A stretch of 32,000 nt of DNA from Bacillus subtilis subsp. subtilis str. 168 (GCF_000009045.1 NC_000964.3:390001-422000), one strand, 5' to 3'. Counted from the stretch's first letter, positions 11,501-19,207 are shown. Made by a program: numbers and translations. The notes: generated by a model from the letters alone, not told the origin.

Positions 11501-12359
11501 TGGCATTCATGACGATTTCTTTGCGCTCGGAGGGCATTCCTTGAAGGCCATGACCGCCGCGTCCCGCATCAAGAAAGAGCTCGGGATTGATCTTCCAGTG
11601 AAGCTTTTGTTTGAAGCGCCGACGATCGCCGGCATTTCAGCGTATTTGAAAAACGGGGGCTCTGATGGCTTGCAGGATGTAACGATAATGAATCAGGATC
11701 AGGAGCAGATCATTTTCGCATTTCCGCCGGTTCTGGGCTATGGCCTTATGTACCAAAATCTGTCCAGCCGCTTGCCGTCATACAAGCTATGCGCCTTTGA
11801 TTTTATTGAGGAGGAAGACCGGCTTGACCGCTATGCGGATTTGATCCAGAAGCTGCAGCCGGAAGGGCCTTTAACATTGTTTGGATATTCAGCGGGATGC
11901 AGCCTGGCGTTTGAAGCTGCGAAAAAGCTTGAGGAACAAGGCCGTATTGTTCAGCGGATCATCATGGTGGATTCCTATAAAAAACAAGGTGTCAGTGATC
12001 TGGACGGACGCACGGTTGAAAGTGATGTCGAAGCGTTGATGAATGTCAATCGGGACAATGAAGCGCTCAACAGCGAAGCCGTCAAACACGGCCTCAAGCA
12101 AAAAACACATGCCTTTTACTCATACTACGTCAACCTGATCAGCACAGGCCAGGTGAAAGCAGATATTGATCTGTTGACTTCCGGCGCTGATTTTGACATG
12201 CCGGAATGGCTTGCATCATGGGAAGAAGCTACAACAGGTGTTTACCGTGTGAAAAGAGGCTTCGGAACACACGCAGAAATGCTGCAGGGCGAAACGCTAG
12301 ATAGGAATGCGGAGATTTTGCTCGAATTTCTTAATACACAAACCGTAACGGTTTCATAA
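8532..12359 (+). CDS. srfAC: Surfactin synthetase subunit 3 (C7-A7(Leu)-T7-TE)
   Basis: 1275 aa single-module NRPS. C motif HHIILDGW, A motif SGTTGKPKGN, T motif GGHSLKA, terminal thioesterase GYSAGCSLAFE. Directly downstream of srfAB. Confidence 0.97.
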   Translation: MSQFSKDQVQDMYYLSPMQEGMLFHAILNPGQSFYLEQITMKVKGSLNIKCLEESMNVIMDRYDVFRTVFIHEKVKRPVQVVLKKRQFHIEEIDLTHLTGSEQTAKINEYKEQDKIRGFDLTRDIPMRAAIFKKAEESFEWVWSYHHIILDGWCFGIVVQDLFKVYNALREQKPYSLPPVKPYKDYIKWLEKQDKQASLRYWREYLEGFEGQTTFAEQRKKQKDGYEPKELLFSLSEAETKAFTELAKSQHTTLSTALQAVWSVLISRYQQSGDLAFGTVVSGRPAEIKGVEHMVGLFINVVPRRVKLSEGITFNGLLKRLQEQSLQSEPHQYVPLYDIQSQADQPKLIDHIIVFENYPLQDAKNEESSENGFDMVDVHVFEKSNYDLNLMASPGDEMLIKLAYNENVFDEAFILRLKSQLLTAIQQLIQNPDQPVSTINLVDDREREFLLTGLNPPAQAHETKPLTYWFKEAVNANPDAPALTYSGQTLSYRELDEEANRIARRLQKHGAGKGSVVALYTKRSLELVIGILGVLKAGAAYLPVDPKLPEDRISYMLADSAAACLLTHQEMKEQAAELPYTGTTLFIDDQTRFEEQASDPATAIDPNDPAYIMYTSGTTGKPKGNITTHANIQGLVKHVDYMAFSDQDTFLSVSNYAFDAFTFDFYASMLNAARLIIADEHTLLDTERLTDLILQENVNVMFATTALFNLLTDAGEDWMKGLRCILFGGERASVPHVRKALRIMGPGKLINCYGPTEGTVFATAHVVHDLPDSISSLPIGKPISNASVYILNEQSQLQPFGAVGELCISGMGVSKGYVNRADLTKEKFIENPFKPGETLYRTGDLARWLPDGTIEYAGRIDDQVKIRGHRIELEEIEKQLQEYPGVKDAVVVADRHESGDASINAYLVNRTQLSAEDVKAHLKKQLPAYMVPQTFTFLDELPLTTNGKVNKRLLPKPDQDQLAEEWIGPRNEMEETIAQIWSEVLGRKQIGIHDDFFALGGHSLKAMTAASRIKKELGIDLPVKLLFEAPTIAGISAYLKNGGSDGLQDVTIMNQDQEQIIFAFPPVLGYGLMYQNLSSRLPSYKLCAFDFIEEEDRLDRYADLIQKLQPEGPLTLFGYSAGCSLAFEAAKKLEEQGRIVQRIIMVDSYKKQGVSDLDGRTVESDVEALMNVNRDNEALNSEAVKHGLKQKTHAFYSYYVNLISTGQVKADIDLLTSGADFDMPEWLASWEEATTGVYRVKRGFGTHAEMLQGETLDRNAEILLEFLNTQTVTVS

Positions 12360-12387
12360 ATGAAGTGATGAAAGGAGGAGACAGCCA

Positions 12388-13116
12388 ATGAGCCAACTCT
12401 TCAAATCATTTGATGCGTCGGAAAAAACACAGCTCATCTGTTTTCCGTTTGCCGGCGGCTATTCGGCGTCGTTTCGCCCTCTCCATGCTTTTTTGCAGGG
12501 GGAGTGCGAGATGCTCGCTGCCGAGCCGCCGGGACACGGCACGAATCAAACGTCAGCCATTGAGGATCTCGAAGAGCTGACGGATTTGTACAAGCAAGAA
12601 CTGAACCTTCGCCCTGATCGGCCGTTTGTGCTGTTCGGACACAGTATGGGCGGAATGATCACCTTCAGGCTGGCGCAAAAGCTTGAGCGTGAAGGCATCT
12701 TTCCGCAGGCGGTTATCATTTCTGCAATCCAGCCGCCTCATATTCAGCGGAAGAAAGTGTCCCACCTGCCTGATGATCAGTTTCTCGATCATATTATCCA
12801 ATTAGGCGGAATGCCCGCAGAGCTTGTTGAAAATAAGGAGGTCATGTCCTTTTTCCTGCCTTCTTTCCGATCAGATTACCGGGCTCTTGAACAATTTGAG
12901 CTTTACGATCTGGCCCAGATCCAGTCGCCTGTTCATGTCTTTAACGGGCTTGATGATAAAAAATGCATACGAGATGCGGAAGGGTGGAAGAAGTGGGCAA
13001 AAGACATCACATTCCATCAATTTGACGGCGGGCACATGTTCCTGCTGTCACAAACGGAAGAAGTCGCAGAACGGATTTTTGCGATCTTGAATCAGCATCC
13101 GATCATTCAACCGTGA
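12388..13116 (+). CDS. srfAD: Surfactin type II (external) thioesterase
   Basis: 242 aa alpha/beta hydrolase with FPFAGG and GHSMGG; follows srfAC; GGAGG upstream. Confidence 0.96.
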
Positions 13117-13118
13117 TC

Positions 13119-13152
13119 AAAAGCGGACAGCTTCGGCTGTTCCGCTTTTTTT
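13119..13152 (+). terminator. Intrinsic terminator of the srfA operon
   Basis: AAAAGCGGACAGCTTCGGCTGTTCCGCTTTTTTT just after the srfAD stop. Confidence 0.85.
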
Positions 13153-13155
13153 GTG

Positions 13156-13183
13156 TTGAATGCCAATTTCTGCATGGTATAAT
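13156..13183 (+). promoter_or_regulatory. Predicted sigma-A promoter of ycxA
   Basis: TTGAAT (13156-13161), 16-bp spacer, TATAAT (13178-13183). Confidence 0.6.
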
Positions 13184-13216
13184 AGTCGAAATACTCAAAT
13201 AAAGGCAGGTCGAAAC

Positions 13217-14443
13217 ATGCGCACGTCTCCCAGGATGAAATGGTTTGTATTGCTGTTTACGTTTGTTTTCGCCATCGGAATGAACTCATTCAGAAATTCC
13301 TTTCAATTTTTTATGCTGCCAATGGCAGACGCCTTCCATGCCGACAGGTCGCTGATTTCGGTTTCTGTCAGCATTTTTATGATCACAACCGGCATCGTCC
13401 AGTTTTTTGTCGGTTTTTTTATCGACCGTTTCAGTGTCAGAAAAATTATGGCGCTGGGAGCTGTTTGCATCAGCGCAAGCTTTTTGGTGCTTCCTTATTC
13501 ACCGAATGTTCATGTGTTTTCCGCCATTTACGGTGTGCTTGGCGGAATCGGGTATTCCTGCGCGGTCGGCGTGACGACCCAGTATTTCATCAGCTGTTGG
13601 TTTGACACACACAAAGGTCTGGCGCTTGCTATTTTGACCAATGCCAACTCTGCGGGCCTGCTGCTTCTCTCGCCCATTTGGGCTGCGGCTCCGTATCATG
13701 CCGGCTGGCAGAGCACCTATACCATTTTGGGAATCGTCATGGCGGCTGTTCTGCTGCCGCTCCTCGTCTTTGGGATGAAGCACCCGCCACATGCGCAAGC
13801 GGAAACTGTGAAAAAATCTTATGATTGGCGAGGGTTTTGGAACGTGATGAAGCAATCCCGCCTCATTCATATCCTGTACTTCGGCGTGTTTACTTGCGGA
13901 TTTACAATGGGAATTATTGATGCTCACCTCGTCCCGATACTGAAGGATGCGCATGTCTCTCATGTCAACGGAATGATGGCCGCGTTCGGGGCATTTATCA
14001 TCATTGGCGGATTATTGGCGGGCTGGCTGTCAGATCTCCTCGGCAGCAGAAGCGTCATGCTATCCATCTTATTTTTCATTCGGCTGCTCAGCCTCATTTG
14101 CCTGCTCATTCCCATTCTCGGAATTCATCACAGCGACCTTTGGTACTTCGGGTTTATCCTGTTATTCGGGCTCAGTTACACAGGCGTGATCCCGCTGACC
14201 GCGGCGTCAATTTCGGAAAGCTATCAAACAGGATTGATCGGATCGCTGTTAGGCATCAATTTCTTTATCCATCAGGTTGCCGGAGCTCTCAGCGTGTATG
14301 CGGGCGGTTTGTTTTTTGACATGACTCATGGTTATTTACTGATTGTCGCTGTGTGCATCGTGTTTGTGGGTTTATCGGCTGTAATAGAGCTGGTGCCGTT
14401 TTTAGATAAACAGAAGGCAAAAGAAACCCACCATTCAATATAA
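13217..14443 (+). CDS. ycxA: MFS transporter (monocarboxylate-porter-like)
   Basis: Multiple hydrophobic segments and MFS-like architecture. ATG 13217 (MRTSPRMKW, 408 aa) follows AAAGGCAGG and is preferred over the track start at 13160. Confidence 0.88.
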   Translation: MRTSPRMKWFVLLFTFVFAIGMNSFRNSFQFFMLPMADAFHADRSLISVSVSIFMITTGIVQFFVGFFIDRFSVRKIMALGAVCISASFLVLPYSPNVHVFSAIYGVLGGIGYSCAVGVTTQYFISCWFDTHKGLALAILTNANSAGLLLLSPIWAAAPYHAGWQSTYTILGIVMAAVLLPLLVFGMKHPPHAQAETVKKSYDWRGFWNVMKQSRLIHILYFGVFTCGFTMGIIDAHLVPILKDAHVSHVNGMMAAFGAFIIIGGLLAGWLSDLLGSRSVMLSILFFIRLLSLICLLIPILGIHHSDLWYFGFILLFGLSYTGVIPLTAASISESYQTGLIGSLLGINFFIHQVAGALSVYAGGLFFDMTHGYLLIVAVCIVFVGLSAVIELVPFLDKQKAKETHHSI

Positions 14444-14475
14444 AAGGATCAGCACTGTCAATGCTGATCCTTTTT
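14442..14475. terminator. Bidirectional terminator between convergent ycxA and ycxB
   Basis: AAAAGGATCAGCA / TGCTGATCCTTTT, perfect 13-bp stem with flanking A/T tracts. Confidence 0.8.
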
Positions 14476-15015
14476 AAATTTGAGTTTTTTTGTTTCGGTA
14501 TTTTTAAGGATAATCTCCTTGAATCTGTTCATCTCCTCTTCGGAGTGAAAAAAATGTTTGGGGATCGCAATATATTGGCCACTTGATGTATTGACCCTGA
14601 AGATATTTTTATATTCGAAAACAGCTGTAATTTCATCCCAATTGAAAATGAGGTCATATTTTTTAGAACATATACGAATTCCTTCTTGGTTCAGAGTATA
14701 TGTTCTTTTGGATTTCATCCGTTCGTTCTTCTTGTATGCTCTGGAAAACTTCACATATAGAAGAAGGAGGAGCAGCAGTGTAAACAGAACGGACATCACG
14801 ATAATCAACATACTGTTCATAAACAAGTTAAGCGCGTCACTTCCATAAACGATACGGGGCCATCCGTTAATGAAGTTAACTGCAGCAAATATGGCGCAAA
14901 ACAATAGAAAGTAAAAGCATGATATTTTTGCGATTTGATAAAAAAAGATTTCTCTTACATCCTTAAAAGTGATTTCTCCTGGAAGATTGATACTTTCACT
15001 AGCATATTGAATCAT
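14458..15015 (-). CDS. ycxB: Uncharacterized membrane protein (YcxB)
   Basis: 185 aa ORF with two hydrophobic segments near the N-terminus followed by a soluble C-terminal domain; position in the known gene order. Confidence 0.85.
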   Translation of the reverse strand: MIQYASESINLPGEITFKDVREIFFYQIAKISCFYFLLFCAIFAAVNFINGWPRIVYGSDALNLFMNSMLIIVMSVLFTLLLLLLLYVKFSRAYKKNERMKSKRTYTLNQEGIRICSKKYDLIFNWDEITAVFEYKNIFRVNTSSGQYIAIPKHFFHSEEEMNRFKEIILKNTETKKLKFKKDQH

Positions 15016-15068
15016 ACGGTAAACCTACACCTCTAACCATGTTTTTCCTTTTAGTCTAGCATAATTTC

Positions 15069-16007
15069 TCATTTTTTTGCAGGCATACCAGGGCGCTTTG
15101 TTTTTTTCTCCAGATTGATATTGCTCCCCACCACGCCAATCATAATACAAACAGCCCCGGCAAGATGATACCAGGCCAGGCTTTCGTTGAGAATCACAAA
15201 TCCTGCAATCATCGTCACAATGGTAGATACATGATTAAAAGCGCTCATTTTAAACGCCTCAATTCGCGACAGCGTATAGTTAGACAGAAATGAAGTGACA
15301 AGTGAAGACAGCACGCCCAAATACACAATGGCGAGAACGAAGCCGGGCTCCCGGAACGGCAGAAAATAAGTGCCGACTGTTCCCGCCGCTCCGTGACGCA
15401 CAAGGGCGATGGCGTTGAAGACGACAAAGCCGATGGCTGACATGATGTAGGTGAGCTCGGTCAGCTTGAACCGCTGCGTCATTTTTCTGGCAGCAGTATT
15501 GTACATCGCTGAAGACAAAGCGGACAATAGGATCAGCAAAGACCCTTTTAAGCTGGCTGATTCCACGTCAACGCCTTTCATCACAAAAATAAACATGACG
15601 CCGGCAACGGATAAAACCGTGAACCCCTTTTGCGTCCACGTTGGGCGTTCCTTTAAAACATAAGCGGCAAAGACCATCGTGAAAATCGGAATGGCTGCCT
15701 GAATAATTCCCGCTTCAGAGGAGGACGAGTACACAAGGCCGAATGCCTGAAAGCTGAAAAATAACGCGGGATACAGCAGGGCGAGCGGCAAAATGTCAAT
15801 GACGTCCTTTACGCGGATTGATAGCTTTACCCAGCCGAATAAGATCGGTACAGTGGCCGCAGCAAACGCAATGGTGAACCGATGCGCCAAAATATCAAAC
15901 GGCTCTGCTGTTTGCAGTGCGATTTTTACGAATAGAAAGGATAAACCGATAATGAACGAATATAAAATAGCCGCTATATAAGCGGGGGTTTGCTGATGTT
16001 TAACCAT
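15069..16007 (-). CDS. ycxC: EamA/DMT-family transporter
   Basis: 312 aa, about ten hydrophobic helices, EamA-type repeats; RBS AAAGGAG upstream on the minus strand. Confidence 0.9.
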   Translation of the reverse strand: MVKHQQTPAYIAAILYSFIIGLSFLFVKIALQTAEPFDILAHRFTIAFAAATVPILFGWVKLSIRVKDVIDILPLALLYPALFFSFQAFGLVYSSSSEAGIIQAAIPIFTMVFAAYVLKERPTWTQKGFTVLSVAGVMFIFVMKGVDVESASLKGSLLILLSALSSAMYNTAARKMTQRFKLTELTYIMSAIGFVVFNAIALVRHGAAGTVGTYFLPFREPGFVLAIVYLGVLSSLVTSFLSNYTLSRIEAFKMSAFNHVSTIVTMIAGFVILNESLAWYHLAGAVCIMIGVVGSNINLEKKTKRPGMPAKK

Positions 16008-16055
16008 AATGGGAAGGGCTCCTTTACCTGAATTGCAGCGCCGGTCGCTCCCTTT

Positions 16056-16085
16056 ATTGTATGGCCGCGGTCAGAACGGTACAAT
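16056..16085. promoter_or_regulatory. Overlapping antiparallel promoters for ycxD (+) and ycxC (-)
   Basis: Plus: TTGTAT (16057-16062), 17 bp, TACAAT (16080-16085). Minus: TTGTAC (rc 16079-16084), 17 bp, TACAAT (rc 16056-16061). Confidence 0.6.
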
Positions 16086-16101
16086 GAGAAAAACAATGAA
16101 C

Positions 16102-16113
16102 TGTACCGGTACA
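16102..16113. promoter_or_regulatory. Candidate YcxD operator, palindrome TGTACCGGTACA
   Basis: Perfect 12-bp palindrome, plus a GGTACA half-site at 16078-16083 overlapping the -10, located 30 bp upstream of the second GGTACA (16108). Confidence 0.45.
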
Positions 16114-16130
16114 AAACAGGGGGAGAAGGC

Positions 16131-17465
16131 ATGGAGAAATATATGAGTCTATTAACGAGGATAGAGGAGATGATGCAAAGCACCTCATATCAAGAAGGAG
16201 ACAGGCTTCCATCTATCCGTCAGCTGTCCGCCCGCTACCAAGTCAGCAAAAGCACAGTGATCCGCGCGCTGCAGGAGCTGGAAAAGCGCCACCTTATCTA
16301 TTCTGTTCCGAAAAGCGGCTATTATATTGTGAAAAAGTCAGGGAAATCAAAAAGCGGGCAGCCTGGCCCCATCGACTTTGCCACATCTGCGCCGGATCCC
16401 GATGTGTTTCCGTATCTTGATTTTCAGCACTGCATCAACAAAGCGATTGATACATACAAAAACGATTTGTTTATTTATGGGACGCCAAAGGGGCTTCCAT
16501 CACTCATCCGCGTACTCCGAAAGCTCTTGGCCACTCAACAGGTATTTGCGGATGAACGGCATATTTTCATTACATCAGGTGTCCAGCAGGCGTTATCCTT
16601 GCTTTGTGCCATGCCGTTCCCAAATGGGAAAGAGAAGATCGCCATTGAACAGCCGGGCTACCATTTGATGGTCGAACAGCTTGAGACACTTGGGATTCCC
16701 GCCATCGGGGTGAAACGAACGGAAGAAGGGCTTGATATAGCCAAGGTTGAGCGGTTATTTCAAACAGAATCGATTAAATTTTTTTATACGATGCCGCGCT
16801 TCCATAACCCGCTTGGGTGCTCATTGTCAGAGCGTGATAAACAGGAGCTTGTGAGACTGGCAGAAGCGTATGATGTCTATCTCGTTGAGGATGATTACCT
16901 CGGTGATCTGGAGGAAAATAAAAAGGCAGATCCGCTGTACGCATATGATCTGTCCTCACATGTCATCTATTTGAAAAGCTTCTCGAAAATGATGTTCCCC
17001 GGCCTCCGCGTGGGGGCGGCTGTTTTGCCCGAAGCGCTGACTGACACGTTCTATGCGTACAAAAAGCTGAACGACATCGACTGTTCGATGATTTCTCAAG
17101 CGGCATTGGAGATTTACCTGAAAAGCGGTATGTACGGCAGGCATAAGGAGAAAATCAGAGATTCTTATAAAGAGCGGTCGCTGAGGCTACATCAAGCCAT
17201 TCGAACTCACAGGCAGCTGGGAAGCGGACGCTTTACGTTCTCCAGCGGGCAGGCACCCTGTATGCACACCCATCTGGTGCTTCCTCAGGATCTGCCCGCC
17301 TCAAGAGTGATTCATAGACTGGAAAAACAAGGGGTTCTCCTTGAGGCGATAGACCGTCATTATTTATCAGATTATCCGAAAGAAAATCTATTAAAAATCA
17401 ATATTTCCAATGTGAAAACGGAAGATATTGAGCGCGGTGTCAAGCTGTTGATGAGCCATTTATAA
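16131..17465 (+). CDS. ycxD: MocR/PdxR-type GntR-family regulator (winged HTH plus aminotransferase-like domain)
   Basis: N-terminal wHTH (LPSIRQLSARYQVSKSTVIRALQELEKRHLIYSVPKSGYYI). C-terminal PLP fold type I domain (VEDDYLGDL..., VIYLKSFSKMMFPGLRVGAAVLP). Confidence 0.93.
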   Translation: MEKYMSLLTRIEEMMQSTSYQEGDRLPSIRQLSARYQVSKSTVIRALQELEKRHLIYSVPKSGYYIVKKSGKSKSGQPGPIDFATSAPDPDVFPYLDFQHCINKAIDTYKNDLFIYGTPKGLPSLIRVLRKLLATQQVFADERHIFITSGVQQALSLLCAMPFPNGKEKIAIEQPGYHLMVEQLETLGIPAIGVKRTEEGLDIAKVERLFQTESIKFFYTMPRFHNPLGCSLSERDKQELVRLAEAYDVYLVEDDYLGDLEENKKADPLYAYDLSSHVIYLKSFSKMMFPGLRVGAAVLPEALTDTFYAYKKLNDIDCSMISQAALEIYLKSGMYGRHKEKIRDSYKERSLRLHQAIRTHRQLGSGRFTFSSGQAPCMHTHLVLPQDLPASRVIHRLEKQGVLLEAIDRHYLSDYPKENLLKINISNVKTEDIERGVKLLMSHL

Positions 17466-18135
17466 AAGCTCTTCGTACGAGACCATTGTGATATCCTCGG
17501 GGAAATCAGGGTGTACGGCGCATACAGCCATTTTGTAGCCGGGATCGACCTCATACGTTTTGATATAGCATGGGGAATGGCTGTCCGGAAGCTCAATGGA
17601 TACTTGTCCGTCCTGGTGCAGGCGCACTGAAAAGGAATCAAGCGGAAGCGATAAGCCTTTGCCTTCCTTGTTTGATAAAGCTTTCTTTCATTGACCATAG
17701 ATGATAAAAATAGTCTGTCTGCTCGTCCTTGTCTTTTGCTAAAAGGTCGCTGTACTCTGTTTTTGAAAAGAAGCGCTTGGCGATCTCAAGGCTGATCGGT
17801 TTCGTTTTTTCGATATCTATGCCGATCGGCTGTGAATCAAACGCGCAAATGACCCAGCGTCCGGAGTGAGAAATGTTGAAATGAGCGTCGGGAAGATCAG
17901 GGATGCACGGCTTCCCGTATTCCTGCGTGCTAAAGCGGATATCGGATTTGTCCAACTGATACTGCCTGCTTATGACTGAGCGAACGAGCACATCTCCCAG
18001 CAGGGTGCGGTGAGCATCTTCTTTATGATAAAATCTCCGGCATTTCTCCCGTTTTTCAGGTGATATGAAAGACATGAACCGTTCATTTTCTTCCTGTGAA
18101 AGCGGGCGGTCCATATAAATTCCGTAAATCTTCAT
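17460..18135 (-). pseudogene. sfp: 4'-phosphopantetheinyl transferase Sfp, frameshifted (sfp0); residual ORF 165 aa at 17638..18135
   Basis: MKIYGIYMDRPLSQEENERF...GIDIEKTKPI...WSMKESFIKQ then GRQRLIASA*. Removing one base near 17668/17669 restores EGKGLSLPLDSFSVRLHQDGQVSIELPDSHSPCYIKTYEVDPGYKMAVCAVHPDFPEDITMVSYEELL*. The span is 676 nt, i.e. 224 codons plus stop plus 1 nt. Confidence 0.96.
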
Positions 18136-18215
18136 TCTAGATCCTCCGTCTGCAAAAGATTGTCAAAACCATCCTATCATACTTCCACAAGACTCATATA
18201 GAGGAGAAAATAAAA

Positions 18216-18240
18216 AAACAAAGCCAAGGCGGCTTTGTTT
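18216..18240 (-). terminator. Intrinsic terminator at the 3' end of yczE
   Basis: AAACAAAGCC / GGCTTTGTTT, 10-bp stem, 5-nt loop; minus-strand T run. Confidence 0.75.
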
Positions 18241-18887
18241 TAGTGTACAGGCGGAGATGCTTTCACTGCGGCTGTCCGCCTTGCCACAGCATAATTCAGC
18301 AACTGGATTGACTGGGGCAATGAAAAACGCAAAATAAGTCCGGTGAGGATGGCGGTCAAAATGGTGCCAAAACCGATCGGTCCGCCCATGCCCCATGCCG
18401 CAAACAAAATGGTTAATTCCATGCCGTTCCGCACCCATTGCACATTCCAGCCGGTTTTTTCTGTAATCAGCATCATCAGTGAATCACGCGGCCCCGCGCC
18501 AAGGCCTGCTGATACATAAACACCGACGCCGTAACCAATCAGCACCACGCCTAGAGAGAAGACGATGATCGAGCCTGTGTAGGTCGAGAGGGCAGGCAGA
18601 ATGAAATTGAAAAAATCTATAAATACACCAATGAGCACCATATTCAGGAGGGCACCAATTTTCGGCCAAGCTCTCGTAAACAATGACGTGAATCCGACGA
18701 TGAGCGCTCCAATAATGATGGACCACTGGCCGACGGTAAGCCCGAAGTGCTGAAACAGGCTGTAATGAAATGCATCCCACGGACTAATGCCGAGTGCTTT
18801 TCCTTCTATCGTCAGGGATACACCAAAAGCCAAAATGATCAAACCGGCAAAATAAAATGTCCAGCGCAGAACAAGTTCTTGCTTCAC
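18240..18887 (-). CDS. yczE: YczE/YitT-family integral membrane protein
   Basis: 215 aa hydrophobic protein directly upstream of sfp on the same strand. Confidence 0.9.
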   Translation of the reverse strand: MKQELVLRWTFYFAGLIILAFGVSLTIEGKALGISPWDAFHYSLFQHFGLTVGQWSIIIGALIVGFTSLFTRAWPKIGALLNMVLIGVFIDFFNFILPALSTYTGSIIVFSLGVVLIGYGVGVYVSAGLGAGPRDSLMMLITEKTGWNVQWVRNGMELTILFAAWGMGGPIGFGTILTAILTGLILRFSLPQSIQLLNYAVARRTAAVKASPPVH

Positions 18888-18972
18888 GTGAGGTCCCTTC
18901 TTTCGTAAAAATCAGTCGATTGTCATTGTAGCACATCTGACAGAAGGGCGGAATAGGCGAAAGGGGCTCAAC

Positions 18973-19004
18973 AAAAAAACAGGGCCGCCGGAGGCGCCCT
19001 GTTT
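18973..19004 (-). terminator. Strong minus-strand intrinsic terminator
   Basis: On the plus strand AAAAAAACAGGGCCGCCGGAGGCGCCCTGTTT; on the minus strand the stem ends in CCTGTTTTTTT. Confidence 0.65.
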
Positions 19005-19188
19005 CAGCGTGTTGGCAAACCCTTGCATTCGTTGTCAGGCCTGTGCTTCGGTGCTCACGAATTTAACATTAGCTGTGCTCCAATGCTCGCCCTTCCTAGA
19101 CTTCAAAGGTTTTCAATCACGCTGAAAATCACAAAATCCTAAAACGAATATCGTTTTAGGATTTTGTCAATAATCTGAAACAGGGCGC
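18994..19188. repeat. Region bounded by a 14-bp inverted repeat (GCGCCCTGTTTCAG / CTGAAACAGGGCGC) and containing further inverted repeats
   Basis: GCGCCCTGTTTCAG at 18994-19007 and its exact reverse complement at 19175-19188; TTTCAGCGTG at 19003-19012 and CACGCTGAAA at 19118-19127. Confidence 0.6.
19131..19167. repeat. Perfect 17-bp-stem palindrome with 3-nt loop (possible bidirectional terminator)
   Basis: ACAAAATCCTAAAACGA-ATA-TCGTTTTAGGATTTTGT. Confidence 0.7.
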
Positions 19189-19207
19189 TGACGCTCTGTT
19201 TTTCTTA

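Noticed and set aside
16078-16085. Reading the GGTACAAT region as only an operator
   Set aside because: It also forms a well-spaced -10 element, so I report it as both promoter and candidate operator rather than choosing one.
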